Of a DNA stretch of 64,000 bases, positions 9,813 through 18,874 are shown piece after piece. The DNA comes from an uncultured Actinomycetota bacterium (GTDB lineage Bacteria > Actinomycetota > Actinomycetes > Propionibacteriales > Nocardioidaceae). The number at the start of each line of letters is the position of its first letter. Positions within the stretch are counted from its first letter, which is position 1. A model generated the notes under the pieces. That model did no database searches. It worked only from the letters and a program-made list of their open reading frames with translations, and was not told the DNA's origin. The stretch is taken from NCBI GenBank assembly GCA_963820035.1, contig CAWFYK010000002.1, positions 724,524 to 788,523 of the forward strand, given 5' to 3'. Made by a program: the position numbers and the translations under genes.

Positions 9813-10721
9813 ATGAAGGCAGTGCAGTTCGCAAGGTATGGCGGTCCGGAGGTCCTCGAGGTGGTCGACGTCGAAGAGCCGCACGCCGGTCCAGGGCAGG
9901 TCCGCATCGCGGTGAAGGCCGCCGGAATCAACCCCATCGACTGGAAGCTGCGAAGCGGTGCGTTGGCCGAGGCGATGCCGCTCACCCTGCCGGCCGGCAC
10001 GGGGCTGGATGCCGCCGGTGTCGTCGATGAGGTTGGCGAGGGAGTCACGGGCGTGGCCGTGGGGGACCCCGTCTTCGGGACGGCGGCACGTGGGGCGGTC
10101 GCGGAGTACACCGTCCTGAGGGAGTGGGTGCACAAGCCCGAAGGGATGTCGTTCGAAGAGGCGTCCGGTCTGCCCGTCGCCACCGAGACGGCCCGCCGAG
10201 CACTGAACCTGCTGGGCGTGCGCGCGGGTGACACGTTGCTCATCAACGGCGCCTCCGGTGGGGTCGGCCTGGCGACCATCCAGTTCGCGCGTGCCGCTGG
10301 AGCGAACGTCATCGCCATCGCGAGCGAGCCCAACCACGACTACCTTCGATCGCTCGGTGCCGTGCCGACGACGTACGGCGACGGCCTGGTCGAGCGGGTC
10401 AGGGCACTCGCCCCGGACGGGGTCGACCAGGCTTTCGATGTCGCCGGGTCCGGCGTACTCCCAGAGCTCGTCGAGATCACCGGTGATGCGAGCAAGGTGC
10501 TCACCATCGCCGACTACAGCGCCGAGCAGTACGGCGTGCGGATCACCGGAGGAGGCTCGGAAAGCGCGCCAGAAGGACGGCAGGAGGCCGCCGACCTCTT
10601 CGAACGCGGCCTGTTCACCCTTCCGGTCGCCGAGACGTTCGGCTTCGAGGATGTGGCAACGGCGCACGAGAAGAGCCAAGCCGGCCACGTCCGCGGCAAG
10701 TTCGTCATCACCGTTCCCTAG
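9813..10721 (+). CDS. NADPH:quinone oxidoreductase / zinc-type alcohol dehydrogenase superfamily protein
   Basis: MKAVQFARYGGPEVLEVVDVEEPHAGPGQVRIAVKAAGINPIDWK and LINGASGGVGLATIQFA. GAGGAG lies 6 nt upstream of ATG 9813. Confidence 0.8.
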   Translation: MKAVQFARYGGPEVLEVVDVEEPHAGPGQVRIAVKAAGINPIDWKLRSGALAEAMPLTLPAGTGLDAAGVVDEVGEGVTGVAVGDPVFGTAARGAVAEYTVLREWVHKPEGMSFEEASGLPVATETARRALNLLGVRAGDTLLINGASGGVGLATIQFARAAGANVIAIASEPNHDYLRSLGAVPTTYGDGLVERVRALAPDGVDQAFDVAGSGVLPELVEITGDASKVLTIADYSAEQYGVRITGGGSESAPEGRQEAADLFERGLFTLPVAETFGFEDVATAHEKSQAGHVRGKFVITVP

Positions 10722-10725
10722 CAGC

Positions 10726-10857
10726 CCGCCGAACCGTCACCTTCTTACCGCCGAACCGTCACCTTCTTACCGCCGAACCGTCACGTTCTTACCGCCGAAC
10801 CGTCACCTGCTTACCGCCGAACCGTCACGTTCTTACCGCCGAACCGTCAAGAAGTTC
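10726..10857. repeat. R22-A left arm, locus 1: 6 tandem 22-bp units CCGCCGAACCGTCACCTTCTTA
   Basis: Units start at 10726 + 22n. The last unit is the variant CCGCCGAACCGTCAAGAAGTTC. The array begins 4 bp after the qor-like stop codon. Confidence 0.95.
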
Positions 10858-10915
10858 CCGGCATGACGCCTCCGCGAGCAGCTCAAACAGCCGAGAGAAG
10901 AGATGGCGGCTGGAC

Positions 10916-11047
10916 TGCAAGAACCTGACGGCTCGACCGGAACAACCTGACGGCTCGACCGCAACAACCTGACGGCTCGACCGGAAGAACATGACGGCTC
11001 GACCGGAAGAACATGACGGCTCGAGGGTAATTACCTGACGGCTCGGC
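10916..11047. repeat. R22-A right arm, locus 1: 6 tandem 22-bp units GGAAGAACATGACGGCTCGACC (diverged inverse of the left arm)
   Basis: TGACGG anchor at 10926, 10948, 10970, 10992, 11014 and 11036. The last unit overlaps the 3' codons (RRAVR-stop) of the 11031..12317 ORF. Confidence 0.95.
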
Positions 11048-12317
11048 GAAGGCGAGCGACCGTCCGGCGTACGACCGGGTTGCGGCCGAGCCGCGCACGG
11101 ACCCCGGTCTGCCAGGAACGCGCGGTGGCCGGCCGGGCCCGCTCGTCCGCCACCAGCCCGTCGATCCGCTTCTGCTGACGCTCGACGCGTCGCAGCAGCT
11201 TGTCGCGCTCGGTCGTCAGTGCCTCGACCTGGTGACCGAGCTCGTCACCTTCCTGCCGAAGCTCGACCGCGTTGAGGACCATGCCGATGAGTCCCCCCGA
11301 CGCCGCCTGGAGCAGCTCCCGCTCGGTGGCCTCCGCCGGGTCGACGACATCGGACGGAGGATGCTCGGCTGGCACCAGCTCGGCCAGATCGCCTTCCACT
11401 CGGACGCCCGAAGTCTCGATCCCGGCGATCATCATGCGAGCGCGGTTGCGCACCCAGCCCTGCTGCTCGGGCGAGAGCGCGAAGCGCGGCTCCAGGCCGG
11501 CTCTGGTCGCGATGAGCGCTCCGCCCAGAGCGCCCCGGTAGCCATAAGGCTTCTCTGTTGCCATCCCCGGGTACTCGAGATTGAGCTGTCTCATCAGCTC
11601 GGCCGAGTGGGCGCCGAGCGACGAGTTGACCAGCGTCTCGGGTTGCTCGAGGCCCGTCATCGGAATCCCGAGCACCGAGCCGATGCGCCCGACGACGATC
11701 TCGGGAGTGGTTCCGGTGGGCGGCACCGTCACCACGGTGATCCGGTCGAGGGGGACCACCTGCTGCCATTGAGCGAAAATCGTCGTCACGTCGTGGACCT
11801 TCCAGAACCAGTCGCGCAGTCGAGTGGCGTCGCTCGCGGCCGCATCGCCGGATGGGGCATCCTCGTCGCCTGCCGGGGTGCCGTCAGAGCAGACGGCCGC
11901 CGCGAAGTCGTTCCAGCCGACGGTCTTGCCGCCCTTGATCGTCGTCTGCCAATGCGAGGGGATCAACTGGGCCGGATCCCGCACCGTGATGACGACGTTG
12001 AGCTCGACGTGCCTGAACCCATGCACGATGGTCCGGACCGAACGGGTTCCGCCACCGGCGATGAGCTCGTTGACGATCATCACGTCACCGTCGTGCTGGT
12101 TGACCTGGCGCACCAGCCGACGCCAGGTGTTGCCCCCCGGAGCGTCCGCCTTGGACATGCGCCCCAGCAGGTCCCGCACCGCGTCGTAACGGATGGTGCC
12201 GGCCACCCACAGCAACCCTTCCTCGGCAAGGCGTTGCGCGTTGAGCTCACCAACCTGTTGGACGTATGACGTCCCGGTCTTCATCTCGCCGATGTGCAGG
12301 AAGACCCGTCGCGCCAT
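11031..12317 (-). CDS. Hypothetical protein with a sulfotransferase-like N-terminal P-loop motif and a C-terminal coiled-coil-like region
   Basis: 428-aa ORF. HIGEMKTGTSYVQ resembles the 5'-PSB loop of sulfotransferases. The family call is tentative. Confidence 0.45.
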   Translation of the reverse strand: MARRVFLHIGEMKTGTSYVQQVGELNAQRLAEEGLLWVAGTIRYDAVRDLLGRMSKADAPGGNTWRRLVRQVNQHDGDVMIVNELIAGGGTRSVRTIVHGFRHVELNVVITVRDPAQLIPSHWQTTIKGGKTVGWNDFAAAVCSDGTPAGDEDAPSGDAAASDATRLRDWFWKVHDVTTIFAQWQQVVPLDRITVVTVPPTGTTPEIVVGRIGSVLGIPMTGLEQPETLVNSSLGAHSAELMRQLNLEYPGMATEKPYGYRGALGGALIATRAGLEPRFALSPEQQGWVRNRARMMIAGIETSGVRVEGDLAELVPAEHPPSDVVDPAEATERELLQAASGGLIGMVLNAVELRQEGDELGHQVEALTTERDKLLRRVERQQKRIDGLVADERARPATARSWQTGVRARLGRNPVVRRTVARLRRAVR

Positions 12318-12364
12318 AGACGCAGGTTAGTCGCAGCGGGGCCTCCCGCAGGTTCAGCCAGCCG

Positions 12365-13456
12365 ATGACAACCTGGGTGGGAGATCGCGACAGAGATACG
12401 GCGGTGGGTCATGATGTCCCGATGGATGTCCGAGTCGAGGTCGCGGAGGGAACGGCATTCGAGGTGCTGGTCGCCGCCGCTGCGGTCGCCGACGCCGACT
12501 GGCGAGACGCTTTCACGACCGGTGCCGCCCGCTACGCCGAGGCACTCGCGATGGCAGGACCGGAGTTCGTCCGACGAGTAGCAGGCTTCGGACGCTTCGG
12601 TTGGCTCAACCTCGTGGGACTGCTGACGAGGCACCCTCAGCCATGGGATCTCGGTGCGCTGATCTCCGCCGTACGCGAGTCGGATCCCGTTGCCCTGCAC
12701 CTCATCGCGGTGGGTGGTGACCGGCAGCAGCTTGTCGCCGTGGTGGACGAGCAGACGATCCTGGCCGCAGTTGCAGGTGACCAGGCGGCGCGACGCGAGC
12801 TGACTGCCGCGCTCGCGTCCGACGACCTGGTCATCGATGGCACCCCGTGGCTGGTCACGGGTGAAAGCGCCGAGCTGCAACGGGCCTACGTCGAGGTGCT
12901 GGAGACCTGGCGAGAGCTGCTGCTGGCGACCTCCGATGAGAAGGCACTGGCCGATGACCTGCACCGGATGGCGGACTCGGCCCGCATGCGGCTGGCCACC
13001 GCCCATGGCCAGGACTACCTCAGGGAGACCATCGGTGGAGTGCACTACTCCCCCGCCGGCCTGGACCGGGTCCTGGCTGTCGCGTCGCCCGAGGTGACGC
13101 CCGTCATCGTCGTCGTCGACGGGCGCGACGAGACGGTGATCCTGCATCCTCCTCGGGAGGAGAGGCAGTCCGCGGGGCAGTCCTCCCAGCGGTTGCTGGC
13201 GCTCAGCCGGGCAGTGGGCGACAAGACCCGGATGCGCCTCGTGACAGAGCTCCGAGACGGTGAGCGCGGGGCCATCGAGCTGGCTCAGGCACTCGGTGCC
13301 CCGCGTACGACGCTGCTCCACCACCTCGCGATCCTGCGTGCCGCCGGCCTCATCCATGTCGCCGTCACCCCGGGCGACGCGACCATCTACCGACTGCGCC
13401 CCGAGGGCTTCGCCGAGCTGTCCCGCTCGGCCGCCGAGTTCATACCAACCGAGTAA
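12365..13456 (+). CDS. ArsR/SmtB-family winged-helix regulator with a long N-terminal domain (DUF5937-like)
   Basis: C-terminal LSRAVGDKTRMRLVTELRDGERGAIELAQALGAPRTTLLHHLAILRAAGLI is an ArsR-type HTH. The start is uncertain; MDVRVEV at 12422 is possible. Confidence 0.65.
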   Translation: MTTWVGDRDRDTAVGHDVPMDVRVEVAEGTAFEVLVAAAAVADADWRDAFTTGAARYAEALAMAGPEFVRRVAGFGRFGWLNLVGLLTRHPQPWDLGALISAVRESDPVALHLIAVGGDRQQLVAVVDEQTILAAVAGDQAARRELTAALASDDLVIDGTPWLVTGESAELQRAYVEVLETWRELLLATSDEKALADDLHRMADSARMRLATAHGQDYLRETIGGVHYSPAGLDRVLAVASPEVTPVIVVVDGRDETVILHPPREERQSAGQSSQRLLALSRAVGDKTRMRLVTELRDGERGAIELAQALGAPRTTLLHHLAILRAAGLIHVAVTPGDATIYRLRPEGFAELSRSAAEFIPTE

Positions 13457-13507
13457 CGGTGTCGAAGAATCTCGACAACACCGGGTCGGACCCCTTACGG
13501 TCATCAC

Positions 13508-14506
13508 ATGCGAGCCCGGACGCTCCTCCTCGTCGCCGCCCTGCTAGCTATCGGCGCGTGCAGCAAGAGCCCCGCGGCCAGCGAGACCAGCCGCACCGGC
13601 GGCGGTGACCCGGCCACACCAGCCGGCAGCAGCGACCCAGCCGCGTCGATCGGCAGCCTGGTCAAGACCGGGCAAGGTCCCGTGGGGCTGACCATCGACA
13701 CCCAGGGACGGGTATGGGTCGCGAACGCCGACGCAGGAACGGTCAGCCGGATCAACGCCGCCGGTGACGGTGTCGACCTCACCAAGCGGGTCGGCGCCGC
13801 ACCCTTGCGGCTGGCAGCGACCCACGGAAGCGTGTGGGTGACCGTCTTCACCGACGGACGCCTGCTGCGGCTCGACGACGCGACAGGCCGCATCGTCGAC
13901 ACCGTCAAGATCGGCGCAGAACCCGAAGGTGTCGCCGCTGCCGGCGGATCCGTCTGGGTGGTCCTGCAGACCGCCGCCCAGCTGGTGCGCGTCGACCCGA
14001 GCGACGGGCACATCATCCGCCGCTATGACGTCGGCGTCGCCCCTCGACTCGTCACGGCGGGCCACGGGGCGTTATGGGTAAGCGACTTCGGCTCCGGGCG
14101 CATCTTGCGGGTCGATCCGGACACCGGACAGGTGACTCGGTCCGCGGCGCTCTGCTTCGGCCCGCAAGGCATGCTGGTCGGGGCAAGCGCCGTCTGGGTG
14201 GCCTGCACCACCGACAACCGGCTGGTGGCGGTGGACCCGCACACCCTCAAGAAGGCCGGTGAGATCCCGCTTCCGGGCGCACCCGACGCCGTCACGACCG
14301 GTCCGCACGGCCGGTTGTTGGTGGCTCTTCAGACCGGCCCGACCCTCGCGGTCGTCGACCCCGGGACACGCACCGTCGTACGACGCGACCGGCTCGGCCA
14401 TCAGGACCAACTCCACGACCGAGCCAATATCGACGTCGTCTATGGGGGCGGCCACGCTTTCGTGTCGTCGTACCTCGAAGGCGGCATCTACCACGTCAAG
14501 CCATGA
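13508..14506 (+). CDS. Lipoprotein with beta-propeller-type repeats (YncE/Vgb-like)
   Basis: Lipobox LLAIGAC. Repeated G..WV....G.V.R(I/V)D modules occur 6-7 times. Confidence 0.6.
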   Translation: MRARTLLLVAALLAIGACSKSPAASETSRTGGGDPATPAGSSDPAASIGSLVKTGQGPVGLTIDTQGRVWVANADAGTVSRINAAGDGVDLTKRVGAAPLRLAATHGSVWVTVFTDGRLLRLDDATGRIVDTVKIGAEPEGVAAAGGSVWVVLQTAAQLVRVDPSDGHIIRRYDVGVAPRLVTAGHGALWVSDFGSGRILRVDPDTGQVTRSAALCFGPQGMLVGASAVWVACTTDNRLVAVDPHTLKKAGEIPLPGAPDAVTTGPHGRLLVALQTGPTLAVVDPGTRTVVRRDRLGHQDQLHDRANIDVVYGGGHAFVSSYLEGGIYHVKP

Positions 14507-14573
14507 GCGCTCCCCCGGACTCAGCCGATGGTCCGGGGCCGGAATCCGCCCGTCCGGGAGGCGATCCGTGAGC

Positions 14574-15515
14574 TCAGGTGCCGATCGCGGGCTCGTCGAC
14601 GGTGGAGACCGTCAGCACCGCCTCGGTGATCCCGTCGAGGGCCTCGAGCCGATGCTCGAGAGTGCGGAGGGTGTGAGCGACGCTCGACTCGGCGTTGTCG
14701 CCGATGATGTCGACGCTGCCGACGACGTACATCTGGTTGGGCCCGATGAACACCATCCGTAGGAAGGTGACGTGGTCGACCTCGTCGTAGGAGTTGAGGG
14801 TGGCGATCGTGGCCGCCCGAGTGGCGTCGTTGACCGACTGCCCCACCAGGAACCGGCGGTTGCGGTCGATCAGCACGATCCCGATGACACCCAGCAGGAT
14901 GCCGACGAGGATCGAGCCGATCGCATCCGGGATCGGCGACCCGGTCAGCTGATGGGCCGCCACGCCAACGGCCGCGATCACCAAGCCGATGAGCGCCGCT
15001 GCGTCCTCGGCGAACACGGCCCGCAACGTGGGGTCCGACGTGGTGAGGGCGTGTTCCAGGATCTCCCGGTCGAGGTGGCTGGCCTCCTTCCGGGTCCGCC
15101 AGTACGCCTGCGCAAACGAGATCCCTTCGAGGATGAACGCGCAGCCGAGCACGACGTACGCGACCAGGAAGTGACCGCCCGGCTCCTGCCGGACCAGCTC
15201 CTGGATGCCGCGCATCACGGAGACGACGGCCCCCGCGGTGAAGAGGCCGAGGGCGGCGAACATCGACCAGACGTAGGCTTCGCGGCCGTAGCCGAGGGGG
15301 TGGGAGTCCGTCGGTCGGCCACGCCCGCGCCGGTCGGCGACGAGCAGGAACGACTCGTTGCCGACGTCCGCCCACGAGTGCGCGGCCTCCGCGGCCATCG
15401 AGGCGGAGCCGGTGATCAGCGCCGCGGCCGTCTTGGCGATCCCCACCAGGACGTTGGCCAGGAAGGCGACGACAACCGTGAGGCTGCTCTTGTCCAACCG
15501 CGGCTTGGGCGTCAT
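14574..15515 (-). CDS. Cation diffusion facilitator (CDF) family metal efflux transporter
   Basis: SASMAAEAAHSWADVGN and HPLGYGREAY motifs, with six predicted TM segments by eye. Confidence 0.8.
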   Translation of the reverse strand: MTPKPRLDKSSLTVVVAFLANVLVGIAKTAAALITGSASMAAEAAHSWADVGNESFLLVADRRGRGRPTDSHPLGYGREAYVWSMFAALGLFTAGAVVSVMRGIQELVRQEPGGHFLVAYVVLGCAFILEGISFAQAYWRTRKEASHLDREILEHALTTSDPTLRAVFAEDAAALIGLVIAAVGVAAHQLTGSPIPDAIGSILVGILLGVIGIVLIDRNRRFLVGQSVNDATRAATIATLNSYDEVDHVTFLRMVFIGPNQMYVVGSVDIIGDNAESSVAHTLRTLEHRLEALDGITEAVLTVSTVDEPAIGT

Positions 15516-15572
15516 GACCGCCCATCATGCCTTGCCAAGCATCAGCCATGACACTCCAGGTCAGGAGGTGGA

Positions 15573-16811
15573 TCAGGGCACGATCTGACCGCTCACCCAC
15601 AGCCCCAGCGTCCCGACCAGCAGGCAGGCGGGGACGGTGAGGATCCCGAGCAAGGTGAAGCGACGCAACGACGGCACCAGGTCGTGCTCGCGCAGCACCC
15701 GCCGCCACAGCAGAGTCGCCAGCGACCCAGGGTAGGCCAGGTTCGGTCCGACGTTGACGCCGATGAGCACGGCGAGCACGGCGAGGGATCCGATCGCGCC
15801 CGCGGCCGGCAGCAGGATCAGCAGCGCCGGAAGGTTGTTGACGAGGTTGGCCAGCACTGCCCCGGTCACCGCCATCGCAAGCAACGCGATGAACGACTGG
15901 TTCGTCGGGAGCATCCGGTCGAAGGCGTCGCCGAGGCCGTTCTCCACCGCAGAGCGTACGACGACCGCGAGGCCCATCACGAAGAGCAGGAACGGCATGT
16001 GCACGGCCCGGGCGACGGTCCACACGGAGGCCTTGCGGGTCGCCACCACCCGACCGGCCAGGACGACGGCGCCTGCGATGGCGGCCCAGTACGCCTGAAC
16101 TCCCACCAGAGATGTCACGATGAAACCCACCAGGGTGAGGGCGAGGACCACCAGGGCGAACCAGGGCGTCGCAACGGATTCGGCCGGCTCGGGGCGGGCG
16201 GGCTCGACGAGGTCGCGCTTGAAGTAGACCGCGTGGGCGACGAACTCCACGGCCAGCACCAGCAGCCACGGCAATAACATCAGCGCGGCGAAGTGCACGA
16301 GCGTCAAGCCGGTGGCCGCCAGGGCCAGCAGGTTCGTCAGGTTCCCCATGGGCAGGAGCAGCGACCCCGAGTTGGCGACGTGACCGGTGGCATAGACGTA
16401 GGGTCGCGGCGAGATGTTCAGCCGGGCGGACGCCGAGAGCACGACTGGTGTCAGGAGCACCACCGTGGCGTCCAGGCTGAGCACGCTCGTGACCGCGGCC
16501 GCGACGACGAACACGAAGAACAACAGTCGGCGCCCACCGCCATGCGACCGCGCCAGCCACGACCCGACCGCCACGAAGACACCCTCGCGGGCGCAGCACA
16601 AACCGAGCACCAGGACCCCCACGAGGAAGATCAGCACGGGCGCCAACTGGTCGAGCTCATCGACCGCTTCGGACCAGGTGACCACGCCGAGCGCGAGTGC
16701 CACCGCCGCCGCGACGACGGCGACCACCGACTCCGGCGGACGCCTCGGCTTGCCTACGGCGACCGCCAGCACGCAGGCCAGCAGCAGGAGGGAGGCGACC
16801 AGGCCGAGCAC
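15573..16811 (-). CDS. ArsB/NhaD-superfamily (SLC13-like) permease
   Basis: 412-aa polytopic membrane ORF with MGNLTNLLA and NVGPNLAYPGSLATLLW motifs typical of ArsB/NhaD permeases. Confidence 0.65.
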   Translation of the reverse strand: MLGLVASLLLLACVLAVAVGKPRRPPESVVAVVAAAVALALGVVTWSEAVDELDQLAPVLIFLVGVLVLGLCCAREGVFVAVGSWLARSHGGGRRLLFFVFVVAAAVTSVLSLDATVVLLTPVVLSASARLNISPRPYVYATGHVANSGSLLLPMGNLTNLLALAATGLTLVHFAALMLLPWLLVLAVEFVAHAVYFKRDLVEPARPEPAESVATPWFALVVLALTLVGFIVTSLVGVQAYWAAIAGAVVLAGRVVATRKASVWTVARAVHMPFLLFVMGLAVVVRSAVENGLGDAFDRMLPTNQSFIALLAMAVTGAVLANLVNNLPALLILLPAAGAIGSLAVLAVLIGVNVGPNLAYPGSLATLLWRRVLREHDLVPSLRRFTLLGILTVPACLLVGTLGLWVSGQIVP

Positions 16812-16883
16812 GAGGCCCGAACCTACACCCGGGACCTACAGGCCCTTTGTCTCCGCAGCGAACGGTCTGCCACAGTTTTCCTC

Positions 16884-18191
16884 ATGCCCACCACCTTTGA
16901 CTCCGACGCGGAGGCAGCGGGACTGTGCGCCTTCGTCGATGCGTCCCCTTCGCCGTTCCATGCCTGCACTGAGGCGGCCGCAGTCCTCGAGGCCAGCGGC
17001 TTCACGGCGCTCGACGAGACGGCCGGCTGGCCGCGCGAACCTGGCCGCTACTACACGACTCGCGGCGGCTCACTCGTCGCCTGGAGCACGGAGTACGCCG
17101 ATGGCCGCGCGACGCCGTTCCGCGTCGTCGGAGCCCACACGGACAGCCCCAACCTGCGGATCAAGCCACGCCCCGACGTCTCCCGCGCCGGCTGGCGGCT
17201 GCTCGGCGTCGAGGTCTACGGCGGTCCGCTGCTGAACTCCTGGCTCGACCGCGATCTCGGGCTCTCGGGGCGCGTCACTGTCCGGGGAGCGAGCGGCGTG
17301 GAGGAGCGGCTGGTCGCGATCAACGACCCGATCCTGCGGGTCGCGCAGCTCGCGGTGCATCTCGACCGCGAGGTCAACGAAGCCGGAGTGAAGCTCAACC
17401 CGCAGCAGCACCTCGCACCGATCTGGGGCGTTGGCACGGAGCCGGGCGACTTCCGCGCCATGGTCGCCGACACCGTGGGGTCCGAGCGTGACGACGTCCT
17501 GGGCTGGGACCTGATGACCCACGACCTCACCCCCTCGCGCCGCATCGGTCAGGACCGGGAGCTCATCGCGGCGCCTCGCCTCGACAACCTCGCCACGACG
17601 TACGCCGGGGTGAGGGCGATGGTCACGGCCGTCGAGACGGCTCCCGCGTCGCCCCAGGTGCTGGTGCTCGTCTTGTTCGACCACGAGGAGAACGGCAGCA
17701 TGTCCGAGCGCGGCGCCTTCTCGACGCTGCTGCCCGCCACGTTGGAGCGAATCGTGATCACCCGCGGCGGTGATCGGGAGGACTACCTGAGGGCCCTTGC
17801 CGGATCCGTCATCGCGTCCGGCGACATGGGTCACGCGACCCACCCCAACTACGCCGAGCGACACGAGCCACAGCACCAGATCGCCGTCAACGGCGGCCCG
17901 GTGCTGAAGGTCAACAACCGGCTGCGCTATGCGACCGACGCGCGGGGGACGGCGGCGTTCTCGCTCGCGTGCGCGCAGGCCGGCGTACCTGTCCAGCAGT
18001 TCGTCGGGCGCTCCGACATCCCGTGTGGCTCGACGGTCGGCCCGATGACGGCCGCCCTCACCGGAGCGACGACCGTGGACTTCGGGGCGGCTGCCCTGTC
18101 GATGCACTCGGCGCGAGAGCTGTGCGGCGCGGATGACCCCGCGATGTACGCCGCCGCCCTGGCCGCCTTCCTGTCCCCCGCCGCCCCTTGA
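16884..18191 (+). CDS. apeB: M18-family aspartyl aminopeptidase
   Basis: MPTTFDSDAEA..., SPSPFHA, VGAHTDSPNLRIKP, LFDHEENGS, SMHSARE. The ORF upstream of ATG 16884 is antisense to the permease and not protein-like. Confidence 0.8.
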   Translation: MPTTFDSDAEAAGLCAFVDASPSPFHACTEAAAVLEASGFTALDETAGWPREPGRYYTTRGGSLVAWSTEYADGRATPFRVVGAHTDSPNLRIKPRPDVSRAGWRLLGVEVYGGPLLNSWLDRDLGLSGRVTVRGASGVEERLVAINDPILRVAQLAVHLDREVNEAGVKLNPQQHLAPIWGVGTEPGDFRAMVADTVGSERDDVLGWDLMTHDLTPSRRIGQDRELIAAPRLDNLATTYAGVRAMVTAVETAPASPQVLVLVLFDHEENGSMSERGAFSTLLPATLERIVITRGGDREDYLRALAGSVIASGDMGHATHPNYAERHEPQHQIAVNGGPVLKVNNRLRYATDARGTAAFSLACAQAGVPVQQFVGRSDIPCGSTVGPMTAALTGATTVDFGAAALSMHSARELCGADDPAMYAAALAAFLSPAAP

Positions 18192-18244
18192 CCATCCGAG
18201 ACGTCCGGAAGTCTCGGATGGTGGTGCCGGAAGTCTCGGATGGT
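18191..18244. repeat. Minimal R22-B element: one inverted unit plus two direct units that form a perfect hairpin between convergent genes
   Basis: ACCATCCGAGAC (18191-18202), loop GTCCGGAA, GTCTCGGATGGT (18211-18222), then a second direct unit to 18244. It fills the whole gap between the apeB stop (18189-18191) and the marR-like stop (18253-18255). Confidence 0.85.
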
Positions 18245-18252
18245 TGGGGGGG

Positions 18253-18837
18253 TCAGGGGTCGAGGTTCTCCAGGCCACGGATCGCGACCTCGAGGAGCTC
18301 CGCCAGCTGGGCACGCTGGCGCTTGGTGAGACAGGCGAGTACGTCGGACTCGAGCATGTCCGACTCCCGGATCGCGCTACGGAAGAGCTCCCAGCCGAGG
18401 TCGGACAGCACGACCCGCACGCGGACCCGGTTCTCCGGGTCGGTCGAGCGGGTGACCAGTCCGCGGGCGGTCATCCGGTCCAGCCGATGCGTCATCGACG
18501 ACGGCGCGACGTTGGCAGCGTCCGCGAGCTCGCTCGGCGTACATCCTCGGCCGCCCTGATCGCGCACCAGAGTGCTCATCACGGACCACTCCCCCGCGGA
18601 GATGTCGAGGTCCGCTAGCTGCCGGTCGTACCACTGGTTGAGGCGCCTGGCGAGGCCGTGTACGGCGGTGATCACGCGCTGCACCGACTCGTCGCCGCCG
18701 GCGGCGACATAGACCGCCACATCCTGACGGTGCGCCTCGGAGAGGGAGGTCGCCGTGGACGGGGAGCCGGCCGGCCCGGGCGAGCCGCCCGACAACGGCG
18801 CGGGTGAGCGCCGAAGAGCCGTCCGCTTGCGCGCCAT
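18253..18837 (-). CDS. MarR-family transcriptional regulator
   Basis: ...LARRLNQWYDRQLADLDISAGEWSVMSTLVRD...PSELADAANVAPSSMTHRLDRMTARGLVTR. Start set at MARKRT (18837) because the longer N-terminus is encoded by an AT-rich stretch. Confidence 0.8.
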   Translation of the reverse strand: MARKRTALRRSPAPLSGGSPGPAGSPSTATSLSEAHRQDVAVYVAAGGDESVQRVITAVHGLARRLNQWYDRQLADLDISAGEWSVMSTLVRDQGGRGCTPSELADAANVAPSSMTHRLDRMTARGLVTRSTDPENRVRVRVVLSDLGWELFRSAIRESDMLESDVLACLTKRQRAQLAELLEVAIRGLENLDP

Positions 18838-18862
18838 CAAGCCAGTGTGGCACATCACAGAC

Positions 18863-18874
18863 TTCGATATCGAA
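18863..18874. promoter_or_regulatory. Candidate MarR operator: perfect palindrome TTCGATATCGAA in an AT-rich divergent promoter region
   Basis: 12-bp perfect palindrome 26 bp upstream of the marR-like start, in the marR/MFS divergent intergenic region (18838-19061). Neighbouring CATCGAAGAG/CTTCGAT half-site-like repeats are present. Confidence 0.45.

Noticed and set aside
10726-11047. Plasmid-type replication origin (22-bp iterons)
   Set aside because: The window has no rep gene, no DnaA boxes and no AT-rich unwinding element next to the arrays. The context is chromosomal housekeeping genes. The iteron analogy is kept only as a geometric argument for protein binding.
14521-16599. Very long Arg/Pro/Gly-rich ORFs overlapping well-supported genes (14521..16599 at 692 aa, 36106..38568 at 820 aa, 56715..58646 at 643 aa, 56281..57753, 5235..6278, 25145..25999, 47276..48235, 59367..60611 and others)
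   Set aside because: These are typical shadow ORFs of a high-GC genome, lying on the opposite strand or in an alternative frame of genes with clear family motifs. They have low-complexity R/G/P/A composition and no recognisable domains.
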